Part shown: piece by piece, positions 59,931 through 64,000 of the stretch | Numbering within the stretch: position 1 is the first letter of the stretch | Layout: every line of letters starts with the position of its first letter | Source: Fidelibacterota bacterium | GTDB taxonomy: Bacteria; Fidelibacterota; UBA2242 | Reading direction: 5' to 3' | Length of the DNA stretch: 64,000 nucleotides | NCBI GenBank assembly: GCA_041645495.1 | Contig: JBAZPZ010000002.1 | Coordinates: 5,469-69,468, forward strand | Program-made: the position numbers and the translations under genes | The notes under the pieces: generated by a model | What the model saw: the letters and a program-made list of their open reading frames with translations, nothing else | Told to the model about the DNA's origin: nothing | The model's database searches: none

Positions 59931-60770
59931 ATGATTAAAAGAATTTATTTTTTGACTTCAGAGATCATCCCGTTTGCAGAGAACTATTCGCTTGCGAATT
60001 TTTCCAAAGAAATCCCAATTGTTTTCAACGAGCGGAAATTCGATTTCCGACTGATGATGCCCAAATATCACTTTATCAGCGAACGCCGGTATATCCTTCG
60101 TGAAGTGATCCGTCTGCGCGAGATGGATTTGAAGTACCGGAACGTCGAGATTAAAGCGTCGGTCAAGTCGGCTTTCATTCCGAACACAAAGGTTCAGGTC
60201 TATTTTCTCGAACACGAATCGTTTTACTCCTGCGTTCAACCCAGCGCGCTGTACAAGCAGGAAGACGATAAAATCGAGACTTTCAATTCGATCCGGAACG
60301 GTTATTTTGCGGCATCTGCGCTCATCACCCTGAATTATCTCCGCTGGAAGCCCGAGGTCATTATCCTGAACGATTGGCAAATGAGCATGATCCCGCTTTT
60401 GATCCATTCCGACCTGCTGAACAAAGAATATTTCGACGGTGTTAAAATTCTCCAAATTCTCCATTCGAAAAATCCGGCATCCGCATTTTCCGTATCCGAA
60501 TATGCCGAAATCGGATTAAACGTAAGTGACTCACCATCAGTTAAGAACGGTAAACTGGATTGCGTCGCGGCGGCACTTCCTTACTGCGACCATGTTATGA
60601 TCTCAAATGGCGAAGAAAACCTCATCAGGAAATATCAGGATGATCCGGTCTTCAAGGATTTATTCGCCCAAAATAAGAAAAAAATTTCGACCTGCAATCT
60701 AAAAGGCGGATCGCCCGAAGAGTGGCAGAATATAGCGGATGAAATCATTAAAATTATCGAGCGCCTATAA
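59931..60770 (+). CDS. Glycogen/starch-synthase N-terminal-domain (Glyco_transf_5-like) paralogue with degenerate catalytic motifs. It lacks the C-terminal GT1 domain.
   Basis: IYFLTSEIIPFAENYSLANF matches GlgA ILFVSSEMFPLLKTGGLADV with the KTGGL motif lost. RLMMPKY matches RVLLPAY. VIILNDWQMSMIPLLI matches VVHAHDWHAGLAPAYL with the His residues lost. The protein ends after ~279 aa. Confidence 0.65.
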   Translation: MIKRIYFLTSEIIPFAENYSLANFSKEIPIVFNERKFDFRLMMPKYHFISERRYILREVIRLREMDLKYRNVEIKASVKSAFIPNTKVQVYFLEHESFYSCVQPSALYKQEDDKIETFNSIRNGYFAASALITLNYLRWKPEVIILNDWQMSMIPLLIHSDLLNKEYFDGVKILQILHSKNPASAFSVSEYAEIGLNVSDSPSVKNGKLDCVAAALPYCDHVMISNGEENLIRKYQDDPVFKDLFAQNKKKISTCNLKGGSPEEWQNIADEIIKIIERL

Positions 60771-60789
60771 CGGGAAACATCAAATCAAC

Positions 60790-61992
60790 ATGGATAAATT
60801 CAAATCTCTCTTTCTTACGACTAAGCGGATTTCCGTCTTTTCCTTCCTCTTTTTGCCTTTTTTTCTGAACACCTGTGATGAAAAAATGCCCACTTTACCG
60901 CTTGATGTCGTGCCGGTGGAATTCAACGAGTGTCGGATCGAAGCCGAATCTATGACAGACACCACGCAGGTAGTAACTGCGCGGCTCGGCTCCAGCGGCA
61001 GGTTGTTGGTCGGAAAAAACAGTAATGCGACTGCTTTTGCGCTCCTCCGCTTTGAAACGTTCAGCACGATTCCGGATACCTTCGAAAATTTGATCGATGT
61101 CCGGCTGAGACTCATCAGCGCGACGGAACTGCCGTATGATTCGAATAGCGTCGCCGGAACCGAATTGGTCGTCGAGTCACTAAAAGCGTCTGATATTACG
61201 GAATGGGTCGAAGACAGTACCGATTATACGAATTTTAATCTGAACGATTATACCCGAACGGAATGGGGTCGGAAATTCGCTTACTCGAATTACGATACTT
61301 TTTACGTTCCTCTCGATACGGCTTTACTGACTTACTGGGAAGGAAATCCGTACAAAAATTACGGGTTGGTCATTCGGCAGGCGGACGACGCCGTGCGGAC
61401 TATTCAGACCTTCTACTCCAGCGAAGCCAGCTCGTATCCGATCATCCTCGTGCGATATGTTGACGGTGTCGATACGCTGACCGGCTCCGTTTATCCGGCT
61501 GACGATGTCTCGGTGATCGCGTTCAATCAGACGAATTTGAATCCGGAAAATCTGACGATCAGCGCGGGCAGAGCATCCCGCTCATTTCTGAAATTCTCGG
61601 TGGAAAATACTATAACCGATCCGAATCAGGTCATTGCCAGCGCCAAATTGCATATTAAAATCGATACGACTCTGACGCGAAATTACGGTGAAAATTTTTA
61701 TCTGTATCTGAACCTACTGGACTCGACGCAGGATTGGAACGATCCGGATTTTACGCCCAGCACCAGTTCATACAAAGCGTACGCCGCGATCGAACCCGGC
61801 GACACATCTGTCGTTTTTTTGATCAGCAGTACGATCCAGAGTATTACGAGTCAGTACAGCGAAAATTTCGGAGTTGTCCTTTGGCCGTCCACTTCCAATG
61901 TGGGATTATCGACGTTGTCTTTGTACGGTCCCAAAGCTTCCGATCCGGCTTTGCGTCCTTATATGGAAATCTTAACCATGAAAGAAAACTAA
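60790..61992 (+). CDS. Hypothetical lipoprotein / secreted protein
   Basis: The track ORF begins at 60739. The probable start MDKFKSLFLTTKRISVFSFLFLPFFLNTC at 60790 has a lipobox-like Cys. No recognisable domain. Confidence 0.5.
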   Translation: MDKFKSLFLTTKRISVFSFLFLPFFLNTCDEKMPTLPLDVVPVEFNECRIEAESMTDTTQVVTARLGSSGRLLVGKNSNATAFALLRFETFSTIPDTFENLIDVRLRLISATELPYDSNSVAGTELVVESLKASDITEWVEDSTDYTNFNLNDYTRTEWGRKFAYSNYDTFYVPLDTALLTYWEGNPYKNYGLVIRQADDAVRTIQTFYSSEASSYPIILVRYVDGVDTLTGSVYPADDVSVIAFNQTNLNPENLTISAGRASRSFLKFSVENTITDPNQVIASAKLHIKIDTTLTRNYGENFYLYLNLLDSTQDWNDPDFTPSTSSYKAYAAIEPGDTSVVFLISSTIQSITSQYSENFGVVLWPSTSNVGLSTLSLYGPKASDPALRPYMEILTMKEN

Positions 61993-61997
61993 CATAG

Positions 61998-63206
61998 ATG
62001 AAAAAAGCAATCTTTCTTCTGCTCGTTTTTTCCGCGTCGTTATTCGCTCAGAATTCCTTTTACACGGCTTACGGATTCGGCATCGAATCGCCTTCCGCGC
62101 CGGCGAGAAATCTAGGAATGGCGGGAACAGGCGCCGCGATGACCGATTCCATCGCGCTGAATACTACCAATCCGGCTTTGTGGACGAATTTTTTCACGAC
62201 GTCGCTTCAGGGACAGATTTATTCTTCGAACTTAGCCGCTACGCAGACTTCTTTCGCCAGCAATTTAACACGTTTTGAAGGTTTTGCTTTTAAAGTGCCG
62301 ATTGGAAAACGCATGGGCTTTGCGCTGGGAATGTCGCCGAAGACGCGCTCCGTCGGTAAAATGTCGTTCACCGATTCGACGAGTTATGCCGGAACGATGG
62401 TCGATTATCGGTCGGTAATCAAATCCGTCGGCGGTATTTCCTCCTTTTATCTGGGCGGCGGTTACCGGCTCAATCCGAATTTATCGCTTGGCGTGAAATT
62501 GGATTTGCTGTTCGGCAGTTACCTCGTCAAGACGGACACCGATTTCGGAAATGACGACGAATGGGATTCTTTCTTCAAGAAGGAAACTTCGATCAGCGGT
62601 TCACAGGTCGGCCTCGGATTTCTCTGGAGCTTTCCGAAGATCGGCTTAAATATTGCCGGCGTTTATGAACATCCACTCGGTTTTAAATACACTCAAATCC
62701 TCAATTATTATTACGGTGAAGACGATACACTTCCAACGCAATCGCTTGAATATCCGTCGTCGTTACGGCTGGCGGTGAGCCAAAAGGTTCTCGAAAATAC
62801 CAGCGTCAATTTCGACGTTCAGATGGGAAAGGTTTCGAGTACAATCTTCAAAAAATTTTACCTGTTCAAAAAGTCCGATGCGAAAAACCCGGTTTATGTC
62901 GGACTTGGCGTTGAAAAACGAAGCGAGCCGTACGAGATGAAAAACATATGGAAACTAATGGCATTTCGCGGTGGAATTTTTTACCGCACCGAACCGTTTT
63001 ACCAATCCGAATCGGTTCGTGAGACGGGCGTGAGCTTCGGGGTAGGATTTCCTTTCAACAGAAATCAAAATCGCTTAGATTTTGCGGTGGTTTATAGTAA
63101 TCGTGATGGTTTTTTAAATCAAGAGATCGGAACTGAAAAAGTATTGGATTTTCATTTCAGCGTTACGACGGGTGAAATGTGGTTCCAGAGATTTTCAAGA
63201 CGTTAA
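61998..63206 (+). CDS. Hypothetical outer-membrane beta-barrel protein (FadL/PorV-like size and pattern; family unassigned)
   Basis: Signal peptide (MKKAIFLLLVFSASLFAQ) with alternating amphipathic strands throughout. About 400 aa. Confidence 0.5.
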   Translation: MKKAIFLLLVFSASLFAQNSFYTAYGFGIESPSAPARNLGMAGTGAAMTDSIALNTTNPALWTNFFTTSLQGQIYSSNLAATQTSFASNLTRFEGFAFKVPIGKRMGFALGMSPKTRSVGKMSFTDSTSYAGTMVDYRSVIKSVGGISSFYLGGGYRLNPNLSLGVKLDLLFGSYLVKTDTDFGNDDEWDSFFKKETSISGSQVGLGFLWSFPKIGLNIAGVYEHPLGFKYTQILNYYYGEDDTLPTQSLEYPSSLRLAVSQKVLENTSVNFDVQMGKVSSTIFKKFYLFKKSDAKNPVYVGLGVEKRSEPYEMKNIWKLMAFRGGIFYRTEPFYQSESVRETGVSFGVGFPFNRNQNRLDFAVVYSNRDGFLNQEIGTEKVLDFHFSVTTGEMWFQRFSRR

Positions 63207-63222
63207 CGTAAGGGGTTATTGG

Positions 63223-64000
63223 ATGAAATTGGATCGCACTTTTCCTGGAATGATGATTTTAGTCGCTCTTGTCTTCAGCGTTGCACTCGTCAGTTGCGTG
63301 CCGCCGACGGATACGGGCGAGAGTCAAAAGGTCAAGGCCGCCGCGCCGGTTGCAGACCACAGTAAATGCGACCTCCATTTGAGTTTTGCATATAGTTACT
63401 ATCAGAATCAGAACTGGAATGGCGCTATTGAAAATTACAAGAAGATGATCGAATACGGATGCAAGGAAGAATATGCTCAGGATATTTTTACCTATTTTGG
63501 CCGTGCCTATCAGCAATTGGCCAAAGACAATCCGGATTATTACGACAGCGCGCTGTTCGTGTTCCTCGAGGGTGAACAGTACCTGCCGAAGGATATGTTC
63601 CTGCATAAAAATATCGCCTACATCTATCATCTTCAGAATAAACTGGATCAGGAAATTCGCGAGTACGAAAAGATGATTGCACTGAAGCCGGAGGACATTG
63701 AACTGTATCGTTCCGTCATTAAATTATACTTCGCGACTCAGCGTTTTAACGATGTATTATGGGCGATCGACGGTGTTCTGGCGCTCAATCCTAACGACGA
63801 TCAGGCCGTGAACGACCGGTTGACCGCTTATGAAAAACTCGGCAAAGACATCACCGATGTTCAAAGAGAACAATGGGAGAAAAATCCGAACAACCTGCGT
63901 TACGGGCTTCAGTACGCGAAGGTTTTAACTGACAAACGCGACTTTGAAAAAGCGATCGAAGTTTATAAAAAAGTCACGTTGTTGGATGATAAAAACCGTG
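63223..64000 (+). CDS. TPR-repeat lipoprotein, partial (3' end cut by window end)
   Basis: ATG at 63223. Signal plus lipobox (LVFSVALVSC). TPR-like repeats (YKKMIEYGCKEEYAQ..., ALKPEDIELY..., AIEVYKKVTLLD). It reads open to the window end, so it is not in the ORF track. Confidence 0.6.
   Translation, partial: MKLDRTFPGMMILVALVFSVALVSCVPPTDTGESQKVKAAAPVADHSKCDLHLSFAYSYYQNQNWNGAIENYKKMIEYGCKEEYAQDIFTYFGRAYQQLAKDNPDYYDSALFVFLEGEQYLPKDMFLHKNIAYIYHLQNKLDQEIREYEKMIALKPEDIELYRSVIKLYFATQRFNDVLWAIDGVLALNPNDDQAVNDRLTAYEKLGKDITDVQREQWEKNPNNLRYGLQYAKVLTDKRDFEKAIEVYKKVTLLDDKNR

Noticed and set aside
60739-61992. Possibility that the 417-aa ORF is the missing C-terminal (GT1) half of the truncated GlgA-like gene after a frameshift
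   Set aside because: It begins with a signal or lipobox-like N-terminus and shows none of the GT1 C-domain motifs (no E-x7-E, no GGL-DTV type region). It is separated from the GlgA-like stop by 19 bp with its own start.

Overview
This 64-kb window looks chromosomal and comes from a diderm (Gram-negative) bacterium. LPS-core genes (Kdo transferase waaA, a GT9 heptosyltransferase), the mreBCD-mrdA-rodA rod-shape cluster and an Omp85-type barrel all point to an outer membrane. Two proteins end in a canonical type-IX-secretion (T9SS) C-terminal sorting domain, so the organism probably belongs to the Bacteroidota/FCB-group radiation; I cannot name it further from sequence alone.

From about 17.4 kb onward the window is mostly a long co-directional run of housekeeping genes, many with overlapping start/stop codons. 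I recognise radA, tgt, nadA/nadB, yajC-def-fmt-rsmB, rpe, hflX, guaB, rpsT, tatC, a polyprenyl synthase, ftsY, rimO, long-form rmlA, a deoxynucleoside kinase, purN/purH and the mre/rod cluster.

The first ~17 kb is more accessory-like. It holds a histidine kinase / sigma54-dependent response regulator operon with a divergent STAS gene. Next to it is a probable T9SS cargo operon (a 786-aa CTD protein, a 490-aa outer-membrane protein and an AAC(3)-family acetyltransferase). It also contains a cluster of three small secreted or membrane proteins, thyX, and a T9SS-sorted M1 aminopeptidase. A 1039-aa protein there fuses a gluzincin-like domain, TolB-like PD40 repeats and an Omp85-like barrel.

The non-coding observations I would follow up first:
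- A ~550-bp array of degenerate 9-10-nt tandem repeats begins exactly at the radA stop codon.
- A ~40-nt motif with a perfect 7-bp hairpin occurs in two separate intergenic regions (9.79 kb and 20.3 kb).
- A YtfI/YtfJ (GerW)-like sporulation-family gene pair sits in this diderm.
- A glycogen-synthase N-domain-only paralogue with degenerate catalytic motifs closes the rod-shape cluster.
- A kinase-less PASTA protein occupies the slot where Firmicutes carry PrkC.

I saw no rRNA, tRNA, CRISPR array, integrase or transposase. Many long antisense or out-of-frame ORFs in the six-frame track are judged spurious. Without tools I could not identify any assembled multi-gene novel system.
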